Origin: an uncultured Chloroflexia bacterium
GTDB lineage: Bacteria > Chloroflexota > Limnocylindria > Limnocylindrales > CSP1-4
Direction: 5' to 3'
Assembly: GCA_963813335.1 (NCBI GenBank)
Contig: CAWEYL010000003.1
Coordinates: forward strand, 256,001 to 320,000
Length of the DNA stretch: 64,000 bases
Within the stretch, counting starts at the first letter, position 1. Each line of letters begins with the position of its first letter. This document shows, piece after piece, positions 9,899-20,055 of this stretch. The notes below the pieces were generated by a model. It saw nothing but the letters and a program-made list of their open reading frames with translations, did no database searches and had not been told where the DNA came from. Position numbers and translations under genes: made by a program.

Positions 9899-11372
9899 TC
9901 AGACCGACCAGTCCGCGATCAGCGTCCGGCGGTCCTGGTCGCTGATCACCGCATGACCGGCGAGGAGATCGACCTCGAGCGTGAGTGCCGCATCGTGGTG
10001 GAGCCAGCGGAGCCGGAGCGAATGCGCCACCTCGGTCTCGACGCAGAGCTCACCCTCGAACGCGGGGTGTGAGTTTCGAAGCCGGACCAACTCGAGAAGT
10101 CGGCTGACCACCGGGCGCTCCAGCGCCGCACCGATCTCGTTCGAGGTGTAGTCATGGCGATTGATGGCCCGGCCCTCGCCGGTCCGCTCGACCGCCGTGG
10201 TGTCGTTCTCGCCGGCGAGCAGACCCACGTAGTAGACCTGCGGGACGCCCTTGGCGAACAGCTGGATGGCCCTGGCCGCAAGGTACCGCTCGTCGTCACC
10301 GTCCAGCGCGGAGTAGTAGGTGCAGTTGAGCTGGTGGACGTCGATCTCACCCGGGTCCCGGTCGGAGAGGATCCGGTTGACATTCCCACCCTGCCGCTGG
10401 ACCCGGTCCGCCAACGCCTGCATCTCGACCGGCTCCAGGATCCCGATGAGGTCCGGCCAGACGGGGATCCCGTCGTGGCAGTCGAGGGTCGTGAACTGGT
10501 GGTCCGGCGAAGCCGGCAAGGTGCGCGCCCAGGCGCGTCGCGTCGCCCGTGTGGAACGAGTGCAGGAGCAGCGCCGGCAGCACGAAGTCGTAGGTCCAGA
10601 AGCCGTGCGCCGCGAGTCGCTCGTGCGTCGCGAACACGTCGTGGACCTCGGGCAGGACGACCAGTCCGAACGAGGCGGCGACGTCGGTCACCCACGTGAG
10701 GAAGGCGTAGATCTCGGGCTCGACCATGAAGCAGGTCGTGCCGGGCTTCTTGATCACGTAGCCGACCGCGTCGAGCCGGACGATCCTGACGCCGTGCGCG
10801 GCGAAGTCCCGGAGCCAGTCCGTGATCAGTGACTTGGTCGCGCCAGAGGTGACATCGAGATCGATCTGCTCGGACCAGTCGGCGGTCCCGAACGACGTCC
10901 AGATCCGCTCCTGTCCACCCGAGTCCTCGATCGTCACGGTCGAGAAGGGCGCCTCCGGCTTCCGCAGGAAGATCCGCGCGACATCGCCGTCCGGCGGGTT
11001 CCCATCCGGCCACACCTTGTCCAGCGTGATGAAGAGATCGGCCGAGGTGGATCGGCGCCCGTGTCGCTGGAAATCCCGGAATTCCGGGCTCTGTCGCGAC
11101 AGGTGGTTGATCATCACGTCGAGCAGGACGTCGTGGTGCTCGCTGAGCCGCGCGATGTCCCCCCAGGTCCCGAATCGCGGGTCGATCTCGCGGTAGGTGA
11201 TCGGCGCGAATCCTCGGTCGCCCGACGAGGGGAACGGCGGCAGCACGTGGACACCTCGGAAGTACCCGGCAAGCGGACCGTCCAGCAGGTCGCCGAGCGC
11301 GTGGAGGTCGCCGCCGAGCGAATCCGGGTAGGTCAACAGCTGCGGGCGGGGCTGGACGCTCGGTGGTCGCAT
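9899..11372 (-). CDS. gtfA: Sucrose phosphorylase-like GH13_18 enzyme (frameshift ~10520)
   Basis: LLTYPDSLG, DVMINH, RLDAVGY (nucleophile), LPEVH, TLDCHDGI, GVPQVYYVG, EGRAINRH. Confidence 0.88.
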
Positions 11373-11517
11373 CGACGGTCCCGGATCGCGGCTCAGGCGC
11401 CGGTCGAGACGGGCAGCGCGGTGGTCGGCTCGCATCCCTGTGAACCGCGGGCACACATGTGGGCATCACGGTACGCGAACCAGGCCGGCCGGATCCGCCG
11501 CAGGACGGGCCGCATCG

Positions 11518-12342
11518 TCATCCCTTGACCGACCCTTGCAGCAGCGCCGAGATGACATGGCGCTGGAACACGATGAAGACGCCGAGGGTCGGCAGGAGGA
11601 TCAGGACGGTCCCGGCGCACAGCAACGGGATGTTCGTCGCGTAATGACCCTGGAAGGCGCCGAGGGCGCCGGCCATGGTTCGCTGGGTCGGGTCCTCCAC
11701 GAGGACCAGCGCGAGCAGGAACTGGTTCCACGCCCACACCGCCATGAGGATCCCGAGGGACGCCATGGGGGCGCGCGCGAGCGGCACGTGGATCCGCCAG
11801 AAGAGGTCCCAGGTGCTCGCTCCGTCAACCACGGCCGCCTCGGAGATCTCCTTCGGCATGTTCACGAAGTGGGCGCGCATCCAGAAGACCGCGAACGGCA
11901 TGAAGAGGCCGATCAGCGGCAGGACGATCGCGAGCCGCGTGTTCAGGATGCCCATCTGGCGCGCAAGGAAGTAGAGGGGCGTGATGATCCCCTCGAACGG
12001 CAGCGTCAGGCCGAACACGAACAGGAGCAGCAGCAATCCGGCGCCCGGGATGCGGAGCAGGCCGATGCCGAAGCCGGCCATCGTCGAGATCACGAGCGCG
12101 ATCGGCACGACCGCGAGGACGATGAACACGCTCGATCCCAGGAGCGCGCTCATGTTGGCGACCTTGAAGGCCTCGATGAAGTTGCCCCACTGCGGGTCGG
12201 CGGGGAGGCTGAGACCGCTCGGCACGCTGCCAGACGGGTAAAGGGCGGTGGTGAAGATGCTGACGAACGGCACGATCGTGAGGGCGATCAGCGCCAGCAG
12301 GAGCACCCGACCCGTGTAGAGCTCGCCTCGCGCGACCCTCAT
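11518..12342 (-). CDS. Carbohydrate ABC transporter permease (MalG-type)
   Basis: EAAVVDGAS EAA loop, WNQF, TM helices. Confidence 0.9.
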   Translation of the reverse strand: MRVARGELYTGRVLLLALIALTIVPFVSIFTTALYPSGSVPSGLSLPADPQWGNFIEAFKVANMSALLGSSVFIVLAVVPIALVISTMAGFGIGLLRIPGAGLLLLLFVFGLTLPFEGIITPLYFLARQMGILNTRLAIVLPLIGLFMPFAVFWMRAHFVNMPKEISEAAVVDGASTWDLFWRIHVPLARAPMASLGILMAVWAWNQFLLALVLVEDPTQRTMAGALGAFQGHYATNIPLLCAGTVLILLPTLGVFIVFQRHVISALLQGSVKG

Positions 12343-13314
12343 CGCTCGCCACCTCGGCTCAGGCGCTGGATCGGCAGGATCACGATGAGGACCAGGATCA
12401 CCAGGACGACGGCCAGGGCGGATGCCAGCCCGACTTGGCGCTCGAGGAACGCGAGGATGTAGATCTGGATGCCCGGGCACGGCCGTCGCGTTCCCTGGGC
12501 CGCCACCGGTCGTGACATAGACGATGTCGAACGCGGCGAGCGCCGCGATCACCGTCACGGTGAAGCAGATCCCGATCTCGTAGCGGAGGCTCGGCACGGT
12601 GATCGCCAGGAACTCCTGGCGCCAGCCCGCCCCATCGAGCCTGGCGGACTCGAAGAGCGCGGAGTCGATCCGGGTCATGCCCGTCAGCAGCAGCACGGTG
12701 CAGAAGCCGAGCAGCACCCAGACGCCGATCAGGCCGACCGCCGGGAGGGCGGTGTCGAAGTCCCCGAGCCAGGCGCGCGCGACATCCCCGAGGCCGATCG
12801 CGGTCAGCCCCTGGTTGATCAGGCCGGTCAGCGACAGCAACCTGCCCCAGATGATCCCCGCGGCGACGAGCGGGATGACCTGGGGCAGGAAGAGGACGGT
12901 CCGCGAGACCGTCCCGAGCCTCCCGCGTGCGATCCGGTGGATCACGCTCGCGGTCACGAGGCCCAGCGTCACCGGGATGAGGCTGTAGAACAGCACGAGC
13001 CGGAAGGCGTTGAAGAGCGTCTCGACGAGCTTGGGTTCGCTCAGGACCGTCGCGTAGTTCGAGAGGCCGACCCACGTCGCCGGTCCGACGCCGTCCCAGC
13101 GGTACAGCGAGTACTGCACCGTCAGGGCCAGCGGCTGGAGCACGAACACCGCGTACATGACGAGGGCCGGCAGGACGAACAGCCAGCCGACCACGGTCTG
13201 TCGGCGGATCCCCAGCATCCAGGGGATCCGCCGGTCGAGCCGCCGACGGGCCGCCGAGTCAGTGGGTGGGGGCACCCCCTGCCTCGGCCGGACCTCGTCG
13301 GCGGCATGGGTCAA
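12339..13314 (-). CDS. Carbohydrate ABC transporter permease (MalF-type; frameshift ~12470)
   Basis: WVGLSNY, ESARLDGA, FDIVYVTTGGGPG; TTG start overlapping the SBP stop is inferred. Confidence 0.85.
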
Positions 13315-14742
13315 CGGGAGAGCTCCTTCTGGTACTCGGCCTGGACGGCCTTCAGGAGGCCGGCGGCATCCTGCTTGCCACCGACCATCTTCTGCAGTTC
13401 CGGCGTCCAGCCCTGCGCGAAGATGGAGCCAGTGGCGTTGGCGATGAAGTCCATCGCCCCATTGTCCTTGGCGACGCTGGCGCCCGGCGGCCAGCGTTTC
13501 ATTGGTGACGGAGCCGGCTGCGGCCGGCGGGACGGCCAGGTCGGTCGGACCGCCCGGGTTCGAGCCACCGACGGTGACGTCGATCTGGCGGGCCGTCTCG
13601 TTGGTCGCCACCCAGTTGAAGAACGAGGCGGCGCAGTCGGCGTTCTTGGCCGTGTTGCCGATGCCGTACGTCAGGGGCGCCGACATCGCGGCCACGGACC
13701 CGCCGGCCTCGGCAGACGGGAAGACGAAGAAGCCGACGTTGCCGGCAAGGTCCTTGTCATAGACGGCGTTCTGCCAGTCGCCATTGAACATGAACACGCC
13801 CTCACCCTTGCCGAAACGGGCATTGGCGTCCGTGTACTCGGTGGCGTTCGCGTCCTTCGGGAAGTAGCCGGCCTTCACCCACTGCTCGAGGTGCTGCGCG
13901 GCCGTGAGGTTGCTCGGCGTGTCGATGGTGGCTGCGGGCTTCTGGAAGATCCAGTCGTTGATCGGCTGGGTCGGCCCGTAGGCGGCCATCAGATTCTGCA
14001 GCGGGAAGGCGAGGCCACCGCCGCTGGCGGTGGCGTTCCAGGCCATGATCGGCAGCAGGCCGGCCGTCTTGGCCTTGGCCAGGAGGCCGTCGAACTCGGC
14101 CACGGTCTTGGGTGGCTCGGTCATGCCGAGCTGCGCGGCGAGCTTCTTGTTATAGAAGACGCCGGTCAGGCTGTAGTTGAGGCCCATGGCATAGAGGGAA
14201 CCGGAGCCGCGGGTCCCGTCGGATCCCACCCGGTTCTGGGCCAGCTGCGCGGCCGGCCACTTGTCCCAACCGTAAGCCGTCGCGTAGCTGTCGAGGTTCT
14301 TGAGCAGCCCGTCCTTGACGAGCGAGACCATCGACGGCAAGCGGATCAGGTCCGGGGGATTGTCGCCGGACAGGAGCCGCGGGGTCGCGGTCATGAGGTT
14401 CGTGAACTGGTCCTGGCTGATCTTCCAGGTGACATTCGGGAACTGCTTGGTGAACTCGTCGGAGAGCTTGAACGGCAGGTCGAACCCGGTCTCGAAGTAG
14501 GCGTTCAGCTGGACTGGGGCGGTCCCGCAGCTCGGGCCTGCCGCCGCGCTCGGCGACGGAGCAACGCTGGCCGCGGTACTTGCGGACGGCGCCACGGTGG
14601 GCGCCGACACGCTGGCCGCGGGGCTTGGGGTGACGGCGCCCGGAGCGGCGCACGCGGCCGCAAGGACCGACGCGACCGCGATCGCTGCGAGGCGCGCCGC
14701 GGGCGATGTCGCCCCGGTGCGCGGGAAACGGACTCTGGCCAT
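13311..14742 (-). CDS. Sugar ABC transporter substrate-binding lipoprotein (frameshift ~13490)
   Basis: LAAAC lipobox, PPDL, GVFYNKKL, FNGDW; GAGGAGG RBS. Confidence 0.88.
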
Positions 14743-14799
14743 GAACACTCCTCCTCCTCGTGTGTCTTCCCTAACGGGAGCCAAGCCCTGCGGGCGTCG

Positions 14800-15834
14800 T
14801 CATCCACGGCCCTCCTTCGGGGGCGCCGTGGTCGCACGGACCACCAGCTCGGGTGTCAACGGGACGACCGTTGGCTGTTCGGAGCGCGCCTCGATCTCGG
14901 CGAGCAGGACCTCCGCCCCGCGACGACCGGACTCGAGCAGTTGCTGGCGGACGTCGTCAGGCCGACGTAGTCGGCGGCCTCGATGTCGTCGTAGCCGATG
15001 ACGGACAGGTCGTCGGGGACGTGGAGCCCGATCTCGCGGGCGGCGGCGATGACGCCGAGGGCCTGCGTATCGCTCGCGGTGAAGATGGCCGTGGGGCGAT
15101 CGGCGCCGGCCAGCATCCGATGGGCGAGGTCGCGGGCCTCGTAGCGGCCGTGGGCCCCATGTCCGATCCAGGCGGTCGGGGATCGAGACCCCTGCGCGAG
15201 CCAGCTCGCCTGTCAAGCCGGCCTCGCGGTCTCGACTCGACGTGAACCCGAACGGGTCCGCGACCGCGTCGCCGATGAACCCGATGGCCGTGTGACCAAG
15301 GTCGAGGAGGTGTCGTGCTGCGAGCGCGCCACCGGCCGCGTCGTCCCCGATGACCCGCGGCATCGCGGCGATCGACGGCGTATGGACGTCGATGAACACG
15401 ACCGGGACCGGCGAGCGCACCAGGAGCGGGACGGCCGAGTCGAGCGGCGGCAGCGACATCACGAGCAGTCCGTCGGTCCGCTGCGACTGGGCCAGGGTGC
15501 CCAGGTAGTGATCGCGCTTCTGGACCGACTCGACGTTGTAGATGACGAGGTCGAACTCGCTGTCCGACAGCACCGCGTCGACGCCGCGGAGGCGTTCGGC
15601 GGCCTGCGGCCGGGTCAGGAACGACACGACCACGCCGATGGTCAGCGTCCGACCGAGACTGAGCCGCCGCGCCGCCGGGCTCGGTGTGAACCCGAGCTCC
15701 CCCATCACCGCCAGGATCCGCTCACGGGTCTGTGGGTTGACCACGTCCATCCCGTTCAGCGCCCTCGACGCCGTCGCGACGCTCACCCCCGCGTGGCGGG
15801 CGACATCGCGGATGGTGACGGCCTTCTTGGTCAC
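14800..15834 (-). CDS. LacI family transcriptional regulator (frameshifts ~15170 and ~14955)
   Basis: TIRDVARHAGVSVATASRALN HTH; PTAIFTASD and DLSVIGYDD in the shifted frame. Confidence 0.9.
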   Translation of the reverse strand: MTKKAVTIRDVARHAGVSVATASRALNGMDVVNPQTRERILAVMGELGFTPSPAARRLSLGRTLTIGVVVSFLTRPQAAERLRGVDAVLSDSEFDLVIYNVESVQKRDHYLGTLAQSQRTDGLLVMSLPPLDSAVPLLVRSPVPVVFIDVHTPSIAAMPRVIGDDAAGGALAARHLLDLGHTAIGFIGDAVADPFGFTSSRDREAGLTGELARAGVSIPDRLDRTWGPRPLRGPRPRPSDAGRRRSPHGHLHRERYAGPRRHRRRPRDRAPRPRRPVRHRLRRHRGRRLRRPDDVRQQLLESGRRGAEVLLAEIEARSEQPTVVPLTPELVVRATTAPPKEGRG

Positions 15835-15845
15835 GGCTGCCTCAT

Positions 15846-15874
15846 ATGTAACCGGTTACATGAGACCGGTTACA
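15846..15874. promoter_or_regulatory. LacI operator: perfect palindrome plus an adjacent degenerate copy
   Basis: ATGTAACCGGTTACAT (15846-15861), then TGAGACCGGTTACA, directly upstream of the LacI start. Confidence 0.8.
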
Positions 15875-15958
15875 ATACGGTATCAGCCACGTCAAGATGT
15901 CCGGTTGCGAGGGTGTGGCCTGGCGCCCGGCGATGCTCGATCGAGCAGCGGTCCGTCA

Positions 15959-16055
15959 TGGCGGGAACGCGTGGGAGTCGAACCCACCGCGCCGCGCCGA
16001 GCGCCGCGCCACTGGTTTTGAAGACCAGGGGACCCACCGGGACCCGACCGCTCCC
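15959..16055 (-). tRNA. selC: tRNA-Sec (anticodon TCA)
   Basis: GGGAGCG...CTGGT-CTTCAAA-ACCAG, long variable arm, GTGGG-TTCGACT-CCCAC, encoded CCA; 97 nt. Confidence 0.96.
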
Positions 16056-16092
16056 GCGCCGATGGTAGCGCGGCCGGACCTATCATCCGGAC

Positions 16093-17161
16093 ATGACGAC
16101 GCTCGAGGCCCCGCCGCCGAACCCGTTGCGCCTGACCGACCTCACCGACTGCGGCGGCTGTGCCGCGAAGCTCGGGGCGGACCTGCTCGCTGACGCGCTC
16201 AGCGGACTTGGCGCCGACGCCGCGGCCCACGCCCCGGACGAGCTGATCGCCGGCCTGACCCCGCCGGACGATGCCGCCGCCTACCGAGTCAGCGACGACC
16301 TCGCGATCATCGGCACGCTCGACTTCTTCCCGCCGCTCGTCGACGACCCGCGGACCTACGGCGAGATCGCAGCCGCGAACGCGCTCTCCGACGTGTTCGC
16401 GATGGGCGGCCGGGTGCTGTTCGCGCTGTCGATCGCGGCGTTCCCCGAGGACCTGCCGCGTGACGTGCTGGCCGAGATCTTCGACGGCGCCTCGGCCAAG
16501 GTCCGCGAGGCCGGCGGGACGCTGGCCGGCGGCCACACGATCCGCGACCCGGAGCCCAAGTACGGCCTCGCCGTGGTCGGCGCCGCCCACCCCGACAAGC
16601 TCCTGCGCAAGGGCGGGGCGCGACCCGGCGACGTCCTGCTCCTCACCAAGCGGCTCGGCACAGGCGTGCTCGTGTCGGGCGCCCGTCAGGGCCGTACCGC
16701 GCCCGACCATCTCGCTGCCGCGATCGACCAGATGCGCACGCTCAACCGCGCCGCGGCCGAGGTGCTCGTCGCACACGGGGTGTCCGCCGCCACCGACGTG
16801 ACCGGCTTCGGCCTCCTCGGCCATGGGCTCGAGATGGCGCGCGCGTCCGGCGCCCGCTTCGTCTTCGATGCCGCCGCCCTCCCGGCGCTCGACGGCGCGC
16901 TCGACCTGGCCGCGGCCGGCGTCGAGACCGGCGGTGCCGCGCACAACCGGCGGTTCGTGCTGCCCGCGCTGACCGATCGCCGACGGCGTCGCGCCCGAGC
17001 TGGTCACGCTCGCCCACGACCCGCAGACCTCCGGCGGGCTGCTGGCGGCCATCGACCCGGTCACGGTCGCCGCCGTCGAAGGGGACCTCGACGCCCGCGG
17101 TGTCCCGCATTGGCGGGTCGGCCGGGTCGACGCGGGCGACCCTGCCGTCGTCCTCGCGTAG
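16093..17161 (+). CDS. selD: Selenide, water dikinase SelD, Cys-type (frameshift ~16978)
   Basis: CGGCAAK, DDAA, TLDFF, ANALSDVFAMGG, GGHT, TDVTGFGLLGH; DPQTSGGLL in the shifted frame. Confidence 0.93.
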
Positions 17162-17171
17162 GCCGCCGACG

Positions 17172-17897
17172 ATGGAGATCGCCCCGGGGATCCGACGGAT
17201 CGGCGCGCAGAAGGTCAACGCCTACCTCATCGAGGAGCCGGGCGGGATCACGATCGTCGACGCCGGCCTTCCCGCCTACTGGAGCGACCTCCAGGACGAG
17301 CTCGCCGCGATGGGCCGCTCGATCGAGGACGTCCGAGCCGTGCTCCTGACCCACGCCCACGACGACCACATCGGCTTCGCCGAGCGGATCCGCTCGGAGC
17401 GCGGCACGCCGGTCCACGTCCACGAGGCGGACGCCGCCCTGGCCCGCGGCGAGACAAAGGCGACCAACGAGGGCGGCGGCCCGATGAGGCCGATCCCGAT
17501 CCTCGCCTTCCTCGTCTACGCCATCCGCAAGGGCTATCTGCGGACGAAACGCATCGCGGAGGTCTCGACGTTCGGGGATGGCGCGACGCTGGACGTGCCC
17601 GGGACGCCCACGGTCATCCATGTCCCGGGCCACACGGCGGGGAGTGCCGCGCTGCTCGTCCCGTCGCACGACGCGATCCTGGTCGGCGATGCGTTCGTGA
17701 CGCTCAACGTGATGAGCGGCTCGACCGGGCCGCAGCCCTTCCCGAACTTCAACGCCGACAACCGCCAGGCGCGCGAATCGCTGGGCCGCCTCGATCGCGT
17801 CGAGGCCGCACTCGTCCTGCCTGGTCACGGCGAGCCGTGGACCGGCGGCCTGGCGGAGGCCCTGCGTCTGGTCCGGGCCACGGGCCCGGTCGGCTGA
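17172..17897 (+). CDS. Metallo-beta-lactamase-fold hydrolase
   Basis: THAHDDH, PGHT, GDA, PGHG. Confidence 0.88.
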   Translation: MEIAPGIRRIGAQKVNAYLIEEPGGITIVDAGLPAYWSDLQDELAAMGRSIEDVRAVLLTHAHDDHIGFAERIRSERGTPVHVHEADAALARGETKATNEGGGPMRPIPILAFLVYAIRKGYLRTKRIAEVSTFGDGATLDVPGTPTVIHVPGHTAGSAALLVPSHDAILVGDAFVTLNVMSGSTGPQPFPNFNADNRQARESLGRLDRVEAALVLPGHGEPWTGGLAEALRLVRATGPVG

Positions 17898-17901
17898 CCC
17901 G

Positions 17902-19229
17902 ATGATCCCGCGACGGGTGCGCTGGCTCGCCGTCGTCCTCCCGGCCGTCGTGGTCGGGGCCATCGAGCTGCTGAGCGATACCGTCCTCGACCCGTTCCTC
18001 CCGTTCCCATGGGACACGATCCTCGTGATGCTCGTCGTCGGGCTCCTCGCCGCCGGCTTCGCGAGCTGGACGTTCGGTCGGATGGATCGGCTCACGACGT
18101 CGCTCGAGGCCCGGAATCTCGAGGTCGAGAACCGCGCCGCGTCGGCCAATGCGCTGCACGGGGTCTCGCAGGCCATCGCCTCGCTCGCCGACCTCGAGGA
18201 GATCCTCGAGGCGACCGTGAGCAGCGCCCGGACCCTGCTCGGCGCCGACCTGGGGCTGCTCGTCCTGATCGGCACCGACGGCGAGCCGGTCCTGCGCGCG
18301 ACGAGCGGACCGGACGACGCCTTCGATCGGAGTGGGTCGGGCGGCGGCGACGAGGCAAGCCGGTTCCTGCGAACCCCTCACCCGCCCACCATGCTCGGGT
18401 GCGCCGCTGCGGCGAGGCGGGACCACGATCGGCACGCTGGCGGTCGCCGGCCGCTCGATGCCGAGCCACCAGGTCGGCGACGTCGAGACGCTCTCGTCGC
18501 TCGCCAACCATGCGGCGATCGCGATCGAGAACCATCGCCTCGAGGCCGAGCTTCGCCAGCTCGCCGTCCAGCACGAGCGCGAGCGGATCGCCCGTGAGAT
18601 CCACGACGGGCTGGCCCAGCTGCTCGGCTACGTCAACACGAAGTCGCAGGCGGTCGAAGGCCTCCTCGCGGCCGGGCGGCTCGACGAGGCCATGGTCCAG
18701 ATGGCGGAGCTGAGCGCGGCCGCGCGGTCGAACTACGTCGACGTCCGCGAGGCCATCCAGGGCCTGTCCGAGCCGGTCGGCGCCGAGGTCGACCTGGGTG
18801 CAGAGGTCCGCCACTACGCCGACCGATTCGCCGAGGCGTCGAAACTCGTCGTCTCGGTCCATCTCGAACCAGGGCTCGAGACGGCGGGGATCGCGCCCGC
18901 CGTCCGCGACGAGATCTTCGGGACGATCCGGGAGGCCCTGACCAACGTCCGCAAGCACGCCGCGGCGCGGCGCGTCACGGTCGCGATCGGCACCCGGGAT
19001 GGGCGCCTCCTCGTCACGGTCGCCGATGACGGGCGCGGCTTCGACCCGGACCACGTTGACGGCGGACCGGGCGACTGGCCGCACTACGGCATGACGACGA
19101 TGCGCCGCCGGGCGGCCGCCATCGATGCCCGGATCGGCTGGACGAGCGCCCCCGGCGGGGGCACGACCGTGGAACTGGTCGTGCCGCTCGACGGGGCCGG
19201 CGCCGCGGCGCGCCGAGGCCGCCCGATGA
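17902..19229 (+). CDS. Membrane sensor histidine kinase (2 TM + GAF + HisKA_3 + HATPase); frameshift ~18400, end inferred
   Basis: ERERIAREIHDGLAQ H-box, EALTNVRKHA, DDGRGF, HYGM; ATGA overlap with the response-regulator start. Confidence 0.85.
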
Positions 19230-19897
19230 GGATCCTCATCGCCGACGACCACGCCCTCTTCCGCGACGGGGTCGCCTCGCTCGTCCGGGCGTGGGGTCAC
19301 GAGATCGTGGGACTCGCCGGCAGCGAGGACGAGGCGGTGGCGCTGACCGCCGAGGTCGAGCCGGACCTGGTGCTCATGGACGTCCGGATGCCGGGCGGGT
19401 CCGGGCTCGCGGCGACGTCGCGCATCAAGGCCGCCCAGCCCGCGGTCGCGATCGTCATCCTCACCGTGTCCGAAGACGAGGACGACCTCTTCGAGGCGAT
19501 CAAGGCCGGCGCCCAGGGGTACCTCCTCAAGAACCTCGAGGCGGCGGAGCTGCGATCGATGCTCGAAGGGGTGGGTCGCGGCGAGGCCGCGATCAGCCCG
19601 GCGACGGCCATCCGGATCATCGAGGAGTTCGGACGCCGCGAGCGCCTGTCGTCCGGCGCCGAGGCCGTGCGCCGACCGGCCGGGCCGGATCGGCTGACCG
19701 AGCGCGAGCTCGACGTCCTCGCGCTCGTGACCCGCGGGCTGCGCAACAAGGAGATCGCGACCGAGCTCGGGATCAGCGAGAACACCGTCAAGTTCCATCT
19801 CCGCAACATCCTCGAGAAGCTCCACGCCGGCAGCCGCGCGGAACTCGCGGCGCGGGCCGTCAGGGAGGGGCTCGTCCCGGCGCCGGAGGCGGACTAA
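19226..19897 (+). CDS. NarL/FixJ (LuxR-HTH) response regulator
   Basis: ILIADDH, DLVLMDVRMP, GYLLK, LTERELDVL...NKEIA...TVKFH. Confidence 0.93.
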   Translation: MRILIADDHALFRDGVASLVRAWGHEIVGLAGSEDEAVALTAEVEPDLVLMDVRMPGGSGLAATSRIKAAQPAVAIVILTVSEDEDDLFEAIKAGAQGYLLKNLEAAELRSMLEGVGRGEAAISPATAIRIIEEFGRRERLSSGAEAVRRPAGPDRLTERELDVLALVTRGLRNKEIATELGISENTVKFHLRNILEKLHAGSRAELAARAVREGLVPAPEAD

Positions 19898-19981
19898 GCG
19901 ACACCGCCCAGGCGCCGTTGCTGCCGGCTCCAGGGGGCCATATGGCAGGGGTGCCCCTACCCGGTCTGACGGGCGCCGTTC

Positions 19982-19999
19982 CCACCCGCATGCGTGTGG
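19982..19999. promoter_or_regulatory. Candidate 7-2-7 inverted-repeat site for the NarL-type regulator
   Basis: C-CACCCGC-AT-GCGTGTG-G (one mismatch), ~57 nt upstream of the oxidoreductase start. Confidence 0.35.
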
Positions 20000-20055
20000 T
20001 CGCCGCCGGCCGCTGACGCCACGCTCCGTGGGACTCGGCCGCAGCGGAGGCAGCC

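Noticed and set aside
11518-14784. Apparent 1088-aa SBP-permease-permease fusion
   Set aside because: Produced by two frameshifts; proper C-termini and stop/start overlaps exist in alternative frames (13311, 12339)
16093-16170. SelD as a second selenoprotein
   Set aside because: Active-site codons are TGC/TGT (CGGCAAK); there is no in-frame TGA
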